Position numbers and translations under genes: made by a program | Shown: piece after piece, positions 1-8,109 of the stretch | How positions within the stretch are numbered: the first letter of the stretch is position 1 | Layout: every line of letters starts with the position of its first letter | The notes under the pieces: model-generated | Databases searched by the model: none | The model's input: only the letters and a program-made list of their open reading frames with translations | Told to the model about the DNA's origin: nothing | From: a virus | Length of the DNA: 64,000 nt | IMG/VR virus record: IMGVR_UViG_3300045119_000200 | Span: 8,813-72,812 of that record | Direction: 5' to 3' (one strand)

Positions 1-28
1 AAGAATTATTAAGAAGGGATAAATTACG

Positions 29-397
29 ATGATAGGATTAGGAATAACAAGAATAGTTCTAATTGTTGGAAATTATGCTTATAAATTTCCAACAATAATT
101 TATGGGATGAAGAATTTTTTAAATGGGTGTTATTCAAATTGGGCTGAAAGAAAATTTAATAAAGATTTTAAATCAGCTAATTTTGAAGAAAATATGATTG
201 ATTATGTTGCGCCATCAATATTTTGCAGTTGGTTTGGTTTAATACAAATACAGAAAAGATGTGATGTATTAACAGAAGAACTATCTAACGAAGAAAAAAT
301 ATTTTTTAATCCCGTTAGTGGCGGTGATAATAAGAAAGAAAATTTTGGTTTTTATATGGGTAAAAAAGTATGTTTAGATTATGGACAAAATGTATAA
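29..397 (+). CDS. minimal protein-kinase-like protein
   Basis: Kinase motifs in order: GxG..R, AYK, N..E, DNKKENFG (DxKxxN), DYG. Confidence 0.6.
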   Translation: MIGLGITRIVLIVGNYAYKFPTIIYGMKNFLNGCYSNWAERKFNKDFKSANFEENMIDYVAPSIFCSWFGLIQIQKRCDVLTEELSNEEKIFFNPVSGGDNKKENFGFYMGKKVCLDYGQNV

Positions 398-575
398 CAC
401 AACAGAAAAAGCGAACAACATAATTCATAAGTCCAGAGACTTCGGCACCAAAAGAGAATTGGCTATGGAACTGGGAATTTCTCGTCCTACACTTGATACA
501 CGACTGGATGAATCAAGTAAGTGGAAGAAACTGGAAATCAAATGGATTGATAAACTATACAACGATTTAAAATGA
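381..575 (+). CDS. small HTH DNA-binding protein
   Basis: KRELAMELGISRPTLDTRL HTH signature. Confidence 0.75.
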   Translation: MDKMYNTTEKANNIIHKSRDFGTKRELAMELGISRPTLDTRLDESSKWKKLEIKWIDKLYNDLK

Positions 576-1012
576 CACAACAGGAAATTATACAAAGGAT
601 CTACGGAGAATATTATGAACATAATCATACGATGATTGATGAATGGGGAAGAATGAATGTAGAAAATGTTCGAACCAAATATGATGATCAAAGCAAGGAA
701 TTCGAAATATTCTGTAGAGATCTTAGAATTAGAAAATTTGTTTGGGAAGGAATTACATATCTTCAACCTGAAGCATTATCTAATCTGGCTCCGGAACCGA
801 CTCCGCAGATGACTAAACAGGATTTGGAATTTATCGATCAAATAGCAATTCAAACAATGTTGTTTTATCTTCATCTTCAGCAGCCGGCATCATTCAAAGA
901 TTCTCTCAAAGCCTCACGAGTTGCTTATCGTCAGGCTTTAGCTATGTGGGATGTCAAAACAAATGGTTTACAGGGCCTTGCAGACGAAGAAGGAATTAAA
1001 GTAATAGTCTAA
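572..1012 (+). CDS. hypothetical phage protein
   Basis: ATGA coupling to upstream gene; C-terminal D.IA..ML...AY..A.AM motif seen in phage proteins. Confidence 0.6.
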   Translation: MTQQEIIQRIYGEYYEHNHTMIDEWGRMNVENVRTKYDDQSKEFEIFCRDLRIRKFVWEGITYLQPEALSNLAPEPTPQMTKQDLEFIDQIAIQTMLFYLHLQQPASFKDSLKASRVAYRQALAMWDVKTNGLQGLADEEGIKVIV

Positions 1013-1021
1013 ATTTTTTTG

Positions 1022-1029
1022 TATCTTTG
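1022..1029 (+). promoter_or_regulatory. Bacteroidota-type -7 promoter element
   Basis: intergenic TATCTTTG (TAnnTTTG) 20 nt before ATG. Confidence 0.6.
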
Positions 1030-1049
1030 CTTCAATAAAAGTTACAGAG

Positions 1050-1283
1050 ATGACTGAATCAAAAATAATCAAGATAAATTTAAAGAATTTTGTCGAGGAA
1101 TTGTTGATAGCGTTTTCATCAAATGATGAAGATTCAACAAAAGAACTTGACGAGAAATTCAAGCACTTTTATGCTTCGGAAACGGATGATATGAAAGACA
1201 ACGTGAAACATTACATCAAAGGCTGTAAGCTGGTTTCAGAGAATAAATGCCTTATAAAATACTTCGAACAATTTTCTATGTAA
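1050..1283 (+). CDS. hypothetical protein
   Basis: 77-aa ORF between two promoter motifs. Confidence 0.6.
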   Translation: MTESKIIKINLKNFVEELLIAFSSNDEDSTKELDEKFKHFYASETDDMKDNVKHYIKGCKLVSENKCLIKYFEQFSM

Positions 1284-1290
1284 AATATTA

Positions 1291-1302
1291 TTCGTATATT
1301 TG
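1291..1302 (+). promoter_or_regulatory. -7 promoter element
   Basis: TTCGTATATTTG upstream of Ig-domain gene. Confidence 0.65.
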
Positions 1303-1336
1303 CAAAAGTAATTTATAATTAAACAAATTTAAAAAT

Positions 1337-1876
1337 ATGAGAAGTTCACTTAAAGCATTGAGACCTGTAAATCTTAGTTTAGTTGGAGCAATGGACCCAG
1401 CAGCGATTGGAGGTGTATATCACAAAGTTAGAGAATTAGAAGACAGATATGAAAACAGTCTTAATGCTGCCGGAGTAAGTGTAGGATTGACAGATTTGAC
1501 AGCTGCTAAGTGTGTGATTACAGTTAATCATCCATGGAAGATTTATGTATTCAATTTAACGACAGTTTTTGCAACGGGTACATATACGTTCTCCTTTGTT
1601 GAATCGGCACCTAATACAGAATCGGTTGTGGATGTTACAAGCATTGATGTAACACCTGCTACTGCCACAATAGCTGTCGCTGGTACAAGACAATTGGTTG
1701 TAGCGTTTACTCCAAGTGATGCATCATCTAATGCTGTCACTTATACATCTTCTGATGTAACAAAAGCCACTGTAAGCGCGTCAGGTTTAGTTACCGGAGT
1801 TGCTTCAGGTTCAGCTACAATTACAATTAGATCTGCAAATGGTAAAACAGATACAGTAGCGATTACAGTATCATAA
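1337..1876 (+). CDS. Ig-like (Big_2) domain virion protein
   Basis: VTSIDVTPATATI...VTYTSSD..KATVSASGLVTGVASGSATITI Big_2 pattern. Confidence 0.85.
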   Translation: MRSSLKALRPVNLSLVGAMDPAAIGGVYHKVRELEDRYENSLNAAGVSVGLTDLTAAKCVITVNHPWKIYVFNLTTVFATGTYTFSFVESAPNTESVVDVTSIDVTPATATIAVAGTRQLVVAFTPSDASSNAVTYTSSDVTKATVSASGLVTGVASGSATITIRSANGKTDTVAITVS

Positions 1877-1913
1877 CAAAATAGGTTTTGCCACCTCGCT
1901 TCTTCGGAAGCAT

Positions 1914-1985
1914 GCTCCGTTCATCTATCGGTTAGGATCTCAGGTTTTCGACCTGATCAGGCGAGTTCGATTCTCGCACGGAGTA
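1914..1985 (+). tRNA. tRNA-Glu(TTC)
   Basis: acceptor GCTCCGT/ACGGAGT; anticodon arm TCAGG-TTTTCGA-CCTGA; T arm GCGAG-TTCGATT-CTCGC. Confidence 0.9.
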
Positions 1986-2026
1986 CACATTTTTTCATAA
2001 AATAGGTTTTTAAGATTAATACGGAA

Positions 2027-2057
2027 GGTGCCTCAGATTAAGTTCTGGGGCATTTTT
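2027..2057 (+). terminator. intrinsic terminator
   Basis: GTGCCTCAGA...TCTGGGGCAT hairpin followed by T-run. Confidence 0.65.
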
Positions 2058-2067
2058 CGTATCTTTG
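2054..2067 (+). promoter_or_regulatory. -7 promoter element fused to terminator T-tract
   Basis: TTTTCGTATCTTTG. Confidence 0.65.
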
Positions 2068-2083
2068 TATTAAATAAAATAAA

Positions 2084-2635
2084 ATGACATTAGTGAATAA
2101 TGGTTTACCTTATAATCGCAAAGGTCAGCCACTAAAGAAGATTCGGAAGTATCATAATGTGAGAAATACCAAACCTTTAGCTAAGACTGAGACAGAAAGG
2201 GAATATGATTTTCTAAAGTACATCAGAGTAGTTTTTAGATGGGCCACTGAGCACACTGGTTTATCAAGACCAGAGATTGAAGTAATTTTATATCTCTATT
2301 CCAAAGGAGTTTTTACCAAAGCTGAATTTGCGGACTATTATAAAACAATTGGTTTGACTACGAAAGCCAGATGGCAAAAATACATGGATGATGGATGGAT
2401 CAGAGAATGGAGAACCAGTAAACGGAATATGAAAGGGCTGTTTGATCTCACTAGTAAAGCAAAGATAGTATGCAGCAAAATGCATCAAATGTGTGTTGGT
2501 GATATGGACATTCCGACATCACGAAGATCTAATCCAATGAATAGAAACAAGGATATTAAGATCAATGCACATTACACGAAATTGTTCAAGCAAATGAATG
2601 CTGAACGTAATAAAACAAAAGAGGAGGATGAATAA
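2084..2635 (+). CDS. winged-HTH (MarR-like) protein, possible transcription factor
   Basis: GLSRPEIEVILYLY...GWIREWR...LFDLTSKAK wHTH pattern. Confidence 0.55.
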   Translation: MTLVNNGLPYNRKGQPLKKIRKYHNVRNTKPLAKTETEREYDFLKYIRVVFRWATEHTGLSRPEIEVILYLYSKGVFTKAEFADYYKTIGLTTKARWQKYMDDGWIREWRTSKRNMKGLFDLTSKAKIVCSKMHQMCVGDMDIPTSRRSNPMNRNKDIKINAHYTKLFKQMNAERNKTKEEDE

Positions 2636-2650
2636 CACCCTCCTCTTTTT
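2617..2650. terminator. bidirectional terminator
   Basis: AAAAGAGGAGG...CCTCCTCTTTTT between convergent genes. Confidence 0.75.
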
Positions 2651-3239
2651 ATTTTGAACCTTTGCTTAAATTACATTTAGCATGAGCCCATTGTACATTG
2701 TTTATTGAATTTAAACCACCTTTGATTAAAGGTATGATGTGGTCAAGATGTATTTTAGATTTATCTGACCAATCTAAAGGTTTGTTACATATTCCGCAAA
2801 TTTCTTTTGGTAACAATCTTAAATTCCTTGCTGTGATCGTTCCATCTGATAATTTTTTTGATCTGGATCTTCGCTCACTTTTATAAATTCTGTTTTTATC
2901 AGGATTTTTATCATGCCATTTTTTGTTTATTTTCGATCGTTTTTCAGGATTGTTTCTATTCCAAGTAGTTGCTCTTTCTAACGCTTTACTATTATTTTTC
3001 GTTTTGTTTTGACAAATTCTACAATATGGATGATAACCAGATTTACGAGATTTATCTTTTGTAAATTCTCTTTGTGTTTTATGTTCTAAACATTTTTTAC
3101 ACTGAACTTTATCTTGGTCCTTTTTTCCTTCCGCCTTCACCGGCTCTCCCTCTGTTTGTTGAAGATTTGACAAATCTATTAACCGCATGATCATAGTCTT
3201 TATTTTTGATATCCTGCCCTTTCTTTTTTGCTTCAGCAC
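2649..3239 (-). CDS. HNH homing endonuclease (start uncertain)
   Basis: CxxC pairs and HLDHIIPL.KGG.N...N...AH..CN.SKG. Confidence 0.85.
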   Translation of the reverse strand: MLKQKRKGRISKIKTMIMRLIDLSNLQQTEGEPVKAEGKKDQDKVQCKKCLEHKTQREFTKDKSRKSGYHPYCRICQNKTKNNSKALERATTWNRNNPEKRSKINKKWHDKNPDKNRIYKSERRSRSKKLSDGTITARNLRLLPKEICGICNKPLDWSDKSKIHLDHIIPLIKGGLNSINNVQWAHAKCNLSKGSK

Positions 3240-3363
3240 GTTTCTGATTGGACTCAGTTCTTTTTTTCACCTGTTCCGGTCTTGCCCCAAGTTTTTTGTC
3301 ATATTCTTGTTTTTTCTTTCTGGCTTCCGGATGGGTCTGATAATATTTTGTACTTGCTCCCAT
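3109..3363 (-). CDS. small basic protein
   Basis: K/R-rich 84-aa ORF with its own minus-strand promoter at 3397-3404. Confidence 0.65.
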   Translation of the reverse strand: MGASTKYYQTHPEARKKKQEYDKKLGARPEQVKKRTESNQKRAEAKKKGQDIKNKDYDHAVNRFVKSSTNRGRAGEGGRKKGPR

Positions 3364-3381
3364 AAAATTTTAACTTAATTA

Positions 3382-3410
3382 TTTTTCGTATCTTTGCAAA
3401 GTTACAAAAA
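3382..3410. promoter_or_regulatory. overlapping divergent -7 promoters
   Basis: TATCTTTG (+, 3389-3396) abutting TAACTTTG (-, 3397-3404). Confidence 0.6.
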
Positions 3411-3480
3411 ATTTTAACACGATGGTTATATTGCAATAATTAACGTGTTAAAAATAGATAAATAAAAAGCAGATATGAAT

Positions 3481-3494
3481 TTTTCGTATCTTTG
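3481..3494 (+). promoter_or_regulatory. -7 promoter element
   Basis: TTTTCGTATCTTTG. Confidence 0.65.
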
Positions 3495-3517
3495 TAAAAT
3501 AATAAATTTTTTAAATT

Positions 3518-4273
3518 ATGACAATTATTGAAACTGGTAGCAGTGACAAATTATTCAAAAAAGACGGATATAATTACCGATTGGGTATGTATGAAGTGTA
3601 TTACACTACAGAAGCAGATGGTGTTACGGTGCTAGTTGGTATCAGACATATTTACGGAGTTCATACTCTTGTTTCCCCTATTGAACCGGAAGATTATCAG
3701 GTTAATGGATCAACATATTCTAGTAACGATTTAAATTTGCTTGTTTCAGATTTGAGCGAAGTGTTAGGATATAATTTTGGAAACAGTGGTGGCGGAGGAA
3801 CCATTCCTACATTCCAACAAGTATTAGAAGCCCAAGATGACATAAGAGCAACTCTAGCTGTTGATACAACAAGTTATGTAAGAGGATCTCAATTGATTGG
3901 AGATTTATTAGCATTGAATACTCCAAGTAATGGTAGTCAGAGTTCAATAAGCGCGTTAAATGTTACAGCATCAAGATCTTATGATCTTCTTGATAAGTCT
4001 GGAACATTAGCAATGATTGAGAAATACACAACTTATTATGAAACATTAACTTCTGATATTTGGAGTGATAATAATTCCCCTGTTTACAGATTTACATTTT
4101 CTGGATTAACTTCAGATCCTACTGTAATAGAAGGAGAACCTTTACCAGCAGATCTTATTTCAGCTAATATTGGTGACCCTAATAATATTATGATAACAAG
4201 ATTAAACTATGTTAGAAATGGTAATGGTGTATGGAATGGCTATGTTATAATAGAATATTATAAAATATCTTAA
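3518..4273 (+). CDS. putative fibre/virion appendage protein
   Basis: GGGG linker then PTFQQV motif, beta-rich S/T composition. Confidence 0.45.
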   Translation: MTIIETGSSDKLFKKDGYNYRLGMYEVYYTTEADGVTVLVGIRHIYGVHTLVSPIEPEDYQVNGSTYSSNDLNLLVSDLSEVLGYNFGNSGGGGTIPTFQQVLEAQDDIRATLAVDTTSYVRGSQLIGDLLALNTPSNGSQSSISALNVTASRSYDLLDKSGTLAMIEKYTTYYETLTSDIWSDNNSPVYRFTFSGLTSDPTVIEGEPLPADLISANIGDPNNIMITRLNYVRNGNGVWNGYVIIEYYKIS

Positions 4274-4277
4274 CACT

Positions 4278-4307
4278 AATAGGTAGGTGTAAAAGCCTAC
4301 CTATTTT
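4278..4307 (+). terminator. intrinsic terminator
   Basis: AATAGGTAGG...CCTACCTATT + TT. Confidence 0.7.
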
Positions 4308-4319
4308 AATTTTATATAA

Positions 4320-4805
4320 ATGGATAATATAACAAAACAAAGAATAGAAAAACTTCATCCTAGTGTTAGGAATGAGATTTTACAAATAGTATCAGAATGC
4401 GATAAAGCATTGACAGGCAGAGCCAAAGTAAGAATCGCACAAGGAATGAGAACCTTTGCTGAACAAGATGCTTTGTATAAACAAAGACCAAAAGTAACGA
4501 ATGCTAAAGGTGGTCAAAGTATTCATAATTATGGATTAGCAGTAGACATCGTTTTAATTATTGATGGTAAAACAGCAAGTTGGGATACAGCTAAAGATTG
4601 GGATAACGATAAAATATCCGATTGGATGGAAGTCGTAAAGATCTTTAAATCCCATGGTTGGAATTGGGGAGGCGATTGGAAATCATTCAAAGATCTTCCT
4701 CACTTTGAGAAAGCTGTATTTGTAGTAAAAGGAAAACAAATTAAAACCGATTGGAAAAATCTTAAAGATCTTCCAAGAGATAAAGACGGATACATAATTC
4801 AATAG
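4320..4805 (+). CDS. endolysin, M15 (L-Ala-D-Glu type) peptidase
   Basis: R..AEQDALY, SIHNYGLAVD, WGGDW..F.D.PHFE. Confidence 0.92.
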   Translation: MDNITKQRIEKLHPSVRNEILQIVSECDKALTGRAKVRIAQGMRTFAEQDALYKQRPKVTNAKGGQSIHNYGLAVDIVLIIDGKTASWDTAKDWDNDKISDWMEVVKIFKSHGWNWGGDWKSFKDLPHFEKAVFVVKGKQIKTDWKNLKDLPRDKDGYIIQ

Positions 4806-4807
4806 TG

Positions 4808-5110
4808 ATGATTAACAAAGAAGAGTTTTTAAAATTAATATTCTATTTCGCAGCAGCAGCCACAGCAAGCTTAATCAGATTCCTGAGAAATGAAAAGAAA
4901 TCATTTTCAGTATTTATGGTGGAAATGCTTATGGGTGCTTCATTTGCCTTCTTTGTTGTTCCAGCAATTGTAGATTATTATGGATGGTCACTGTATTATG
5001 GTACAGGTATAACATGGTTACTTACAATGCTTTCAGAGAGTGTGTTAAGAAAAATAGAAAGTAGAATCAATAAAAAGATAGATGATGTCGCTGATAATAT
5101 TGATAAATAG
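4808..5110 (+). CDS. putative holin
   Basis: about three hydrophobic segments, charged C-terminus, directly after endolysin. Confidence 0.65.
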   Translation: MINKEEFLKLIFYFAAAATASLIRFLRNEKKSFSVFMVEMLMGASFAFFVVPAIVDYYGWSLYYGTGITWLLTMLSESVLRKIESRINKKIDDVADNIDK

Positions 5111-5417
5111 TCTGATCTGTTTGATCACAGGAGTACTGTTCTATTTTTACATTCATGAGTTTAAAGATGAACTTACAAAAGGCAGAACAATTACATATTT
5201 TATCTTAGGAGCCTACTTTATTTTTAGTGGGTTCTTTGGATTAAAAATGATACTATCAGAACCTTTTTCAATAAAGAGTTTTGATATTTATAATACTCTT
5301 CATATATTTGCGTTAATGCATCTATTGTCGAATATTGGATTTACAATATTTATTACTAATTCAATAAAATACGAGAAAAATGTTATTAATGATAACAAAA
5401 ATAAAAGCAGTGTTTAA
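5082..5417 (+). CDS. lysis-cassette membrane protein
   Basis: three hydrophobic segments, overlaps neighbours. Confidence 0.55.
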   Translation: MMSLIILINSLICLITGVLFYFYIHEFKDELTKGRTITYFILGAYFIFSGFFGLKMILSEPFSIKSFDIYNTLHIFALMHLLSNIGFTIFITNSIKYEKNVINDNKNKSSV

Positions 5418-6111
5418 CTGGTGTAAAAGGAACATGAAAGCGATTGTTCCATCAATTCTTTTGATAGGAATGATAATCTTTCATTTCTTTTGGACTTATA
5501 ATCCGCCTTTGGAATCTCCAATGGTAATAAGCCCTATAACCAAACCAGTTATTTTTAACAATGGTCAGAAGGGCCAAACTAAAGTTTATACGCCACAAAC
5601 GTCTTCTCCGGAAGCATCTGGTTTTTCAGAACAGTTTGTAAACGATACAATAAATAAGATAATGGGGATCAAGAATAAGGAAATCCTTGCTATCAATCAA
5701 ATAAAAGGAAAATACGTTGATTCATTAGATTATGTCAAAGAAGAACGCGATGAACAAAACAGAGTCATCAAATACTACGAATCTAAAAATGCAAATGGTC
5801 GTGTTATCGGGAGTGGCAAGACTGTGGATGGCAATACAATGGTTATTACGGGTGATCTCGACTTAATAAGCGCAGTTCGAAAAGCACCTAATAAAAAATC
5901 TCGTGACAGTTTGGTGTTTTATGACCCCGATCAGAGATTTACAGTTAACCAGTCGAAGGAGTTTACTTATGCCATTCCTGAGAAAACTGTCACCAAACGA
6001 TGGACATTTGGGATCAGTGTTGGTGCCGGTGTAGTAGTTCCAAACTTTGATACAAAGAAAACAACCTTTGGTGGATACATTGGAGGATCAGTAAATTATA
6101 ACTTTAAATAA
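5380..6111 (+). CDS. putative spanin-like protein
   Basis: N-terminal TM helix; C-terminal amphipathic beta hairpin ending YNFK; last gene of lysis cassette. Confidence 0.5.
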   Translation: MLLMITKIKAVFNWCKRNMKAIVPSILLIGMIIFHFFWTYNPPLESPMVISPITKPVIFNNGQKGQTKVYTPQTSSPEASGFSEQFVNDTINKIMGIKNKEILAINQIKGKYVDSLDYVKEERDEQNRVIKYYESKNANGRVIGSGKTVDGNTMVITGDLDLISAVRKAPNKKSRDSLVFYDPDQRFTVNQSKEFTYAIPEKTVTKRWTFGISVGAGVVVPNFDTKKTTFGGYIGGSVNYNFK

Positions 6112-6117
6112 TAAAGA

Positions 6118-7221
6118 ATGGGACAAATAAAAAATACGAGCAAGTATCCTAACGATACAGACATAACTGGAAACGAGTCTGTCATTGGAAGTGATAATGA
6201 CAACAATGGTAAAACAATGAATTATAAGCTGTCAGATTTAGCAGCTTATTTTACTGAATATTTTAATTCTCAGAATCAAAGTGTTTCTTTATCTGGAAAT
6301 ATAACTGGTGGAAATGGAGTTGTAGTTATTTCTACCACTGCTCAACCATCATTAATTAATGATAAACCGGTCGCCACAGAAATGTCTGAAGGAGGTCAGT
6401 TTTTATATTTGGATGTTGATGGAACTTTGAAGAAGTTAGATGCCGAAATAATTATAAGTAGTGGTGGATATGTACCACCAACTTATACACCTATTACATT
6501 AGTCGGATCAGGTCTTGAATTTGTTGATACATTATCTACGAATAATTTAGGTCATATTATTGCTGCATCAGTAAGAGCGATTCAAGATTCAACAATAACA
6601 CAAAAAGGAGTAATTAGAATAGCCAATCCTTCTGAATACGGAGGAGGTTCAACAACATTAGCTTTACCACCAGCAGCCTTAACAGGGATTATTTCAGGGA
6701 CATTAAATTTTTTACCAAAATTTACAGGAACTAATACCATTGGTAATTCTGTAGTCAGAGAATCTGGTGGAAATATCGGAATAGGAATTACTCCGACTTC
6801 TGATAAGTTAGCGGTTGCCGGAGTAGTATTAGCAGATGGTTTTAAATCGCCTTTAAATAGCGAATTTTCAGTTCATACTACTGATGGAGGAAGTGTTGAA
6901 ATGGGAACCAATCTTATCATAGATTCTGGTGTTATGTCAGTAAAAGCTTTTAATTTGAACACTGACGTAGGTGTTACAATACCTACTAATAAAAGTCAAT
7001 TAAGTTATGTAACATTTACAGGATCTAGTCCAGCTACTATATTCGTTCCTGCATCACCTGTTGTCGGTATGAGAATTGATGTCTATAACAGTGGTACAGC
7101 AGATCTTACTGTTAATATAAATGGTGCGATTATCGAATTGGTAGTTGGAGACGGATTAAGATTATATTTCAATGGTATTAAATGGGTAGCGTTCACAGTA
7201 GAAAAAATATCATTTTATTAA
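6118..7221 (+). CDS. tail fibre protein
   Basis: N-terminal I.....YP......VIGSD.....T.NY anchor-like motif; GNIGIG motif; G/T/S-rich. Confidence 0.65.
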   Translation: MGQIKNTSKYPNDTDITGNESVIGSDNDNNGKTMNYKLSDLAAYFTEYFNSQNQSVSLSGNITGGNGVVVISTTAQPSLINDKPVATEMSEGGQFLYLDVDGTLKKLDAEIIISSGGYVPPTYTPITLVGSGLEFVDTLSTNNLGHIIAASVRAIQDSTITQKGVIRIANPSEYGGGSTTLALPPAALTGIISGTLNFLPKFTGTNTIGNSVVRESGGNIGIGITPTSDKLAVAGVVLADGFKSPLNSEFSVHTTDGGSVEMGTNLIIDSGVMSVKAFNLNTDVGVTIPTNKSQLSYVTFTGSSPATIFVPASPVVGMRIDVYNSGTADLTVNINGAIIELVVGDGLRLYFNGIKWVAFTVEKISFY

Positions 7222-7240
7222 AAAATGCATCACTCTAAAT

Positions 7241-7254
7241 TTTTCGTATTTTTG
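7241..7254 (+). promoter_or_regulatory. -7 promoter element of packaging operon
   Basis: TTTTCGTATTTTTG. Confidence 0.65.
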
Positions 7255-7270
7255 TATAAATTTAAATAAA

Positions 7271-7525
7271 ATGAATAATACTCAAATACGAAAAGTTTCT
7301 GTGGGTAATGGGCATCCAGATCAAATGATGCATTACCAAGTAGGTAAAGTCTACACGATCAATAATAAACAATTTGAACTTACTGATATTCTACTGGTCC
7401 AAGAACTTTTGGAAAAAGGAATTCTAGCCTATCATCTATATGTATTTGATGGTGAAGTAAGACTATTGTGGAAAACTCTGATCAACCTTCCTATGGTGAT
7501 CGAAAACAATATTTCATTCGAATAA
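7271..7525 (+). CDS. small protein upstream of terminase
   Basis: 84-aa ORF, IRKVSVG...MHYQVG...WK pattern. Confidence 0.6.
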   Translation: MNNTQIRKVSVGNGHPDQMMHYQVGKVYTINNKQFELTDILLVQELLEKGILAYHLYVFDGEVRLLWKTLINLPMVIENNISFE

Positions 7526-7526
7526 T

Positions 7527-8108
7527 ATGAAGTCGGTTAATTTTATAATCGTTGAGGTTGAAGAAGCTTATAACAACGAAAAGAAAATCGGTGACGTTTC
7601 AATTGTAGTAAATTCAACTATTGAAAGCGTAGAACATATTAATCGTATAGCAAAAGTAATTACGTCACCCTCTTTCACCCCGTTGAAGGAAGGTGACGAA
7701 GTTATTATACACCATAACATATGTAGATTGAGAAACGGAACCAAAGGTGGGAAAGTACAAAGTGATTATCATATCGAAGGAAACAAATATTTTGTTCCAT
7801 TGACTGAAGTATTTATGTACAGACGAGATGGCGATTGGATCGCACTCGCCCCATATTGTTTCGTCGAACCAATCAAGGATGAAACCAAAATGATTGGATC
7901 AATTATCGTGCCAAACTCCGGAGAAACTCATAAAGGTATGATCTCACATGAAGGGATCATGAAATATTCAAATCCTGAATTAAATGAATACGGGATAAAC
8001 AATGACGATCATATCTCGTTTTCTGAAGATTCAGAATATGAATTTATGATTGACGGAAAAATATATTACAAGATGGCTACTAGAGACATTCTTGGAAAAT
8101 TCGATTAA
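7527..8108 (+). CDS. tandem GroES-like domain protein
   Basis: two halves each with IIV/FVEP strand, mobile-loop-like GxIIV, GD.V/I and terminal DIL. Confidence 0.55.
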   Translation: MKSVNFIIVEVEEAYNNEKKIGDVSIVVNSTIESVEHINRIAKVITSPSFTPLKEGDEVIIHHNICRLRNGTKGGKVQSDYHIEGNKYFVPLTEVFMYRRDGDWIALAPYCFVEPIKDETKMIGSIIVPNSGETHKGMISHEGIMKYSNPELNEYGINNDDHISFSEDSEYEFMIDGKIYYKMATRDILGKFD

Positions 8109-8109
8109 C

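Noticed and set aside
8050-8109. Upstream terminase start given by the ORF track
   Set aside because: Overlaps the previous gene; ATG 8110 directly follows its stop.
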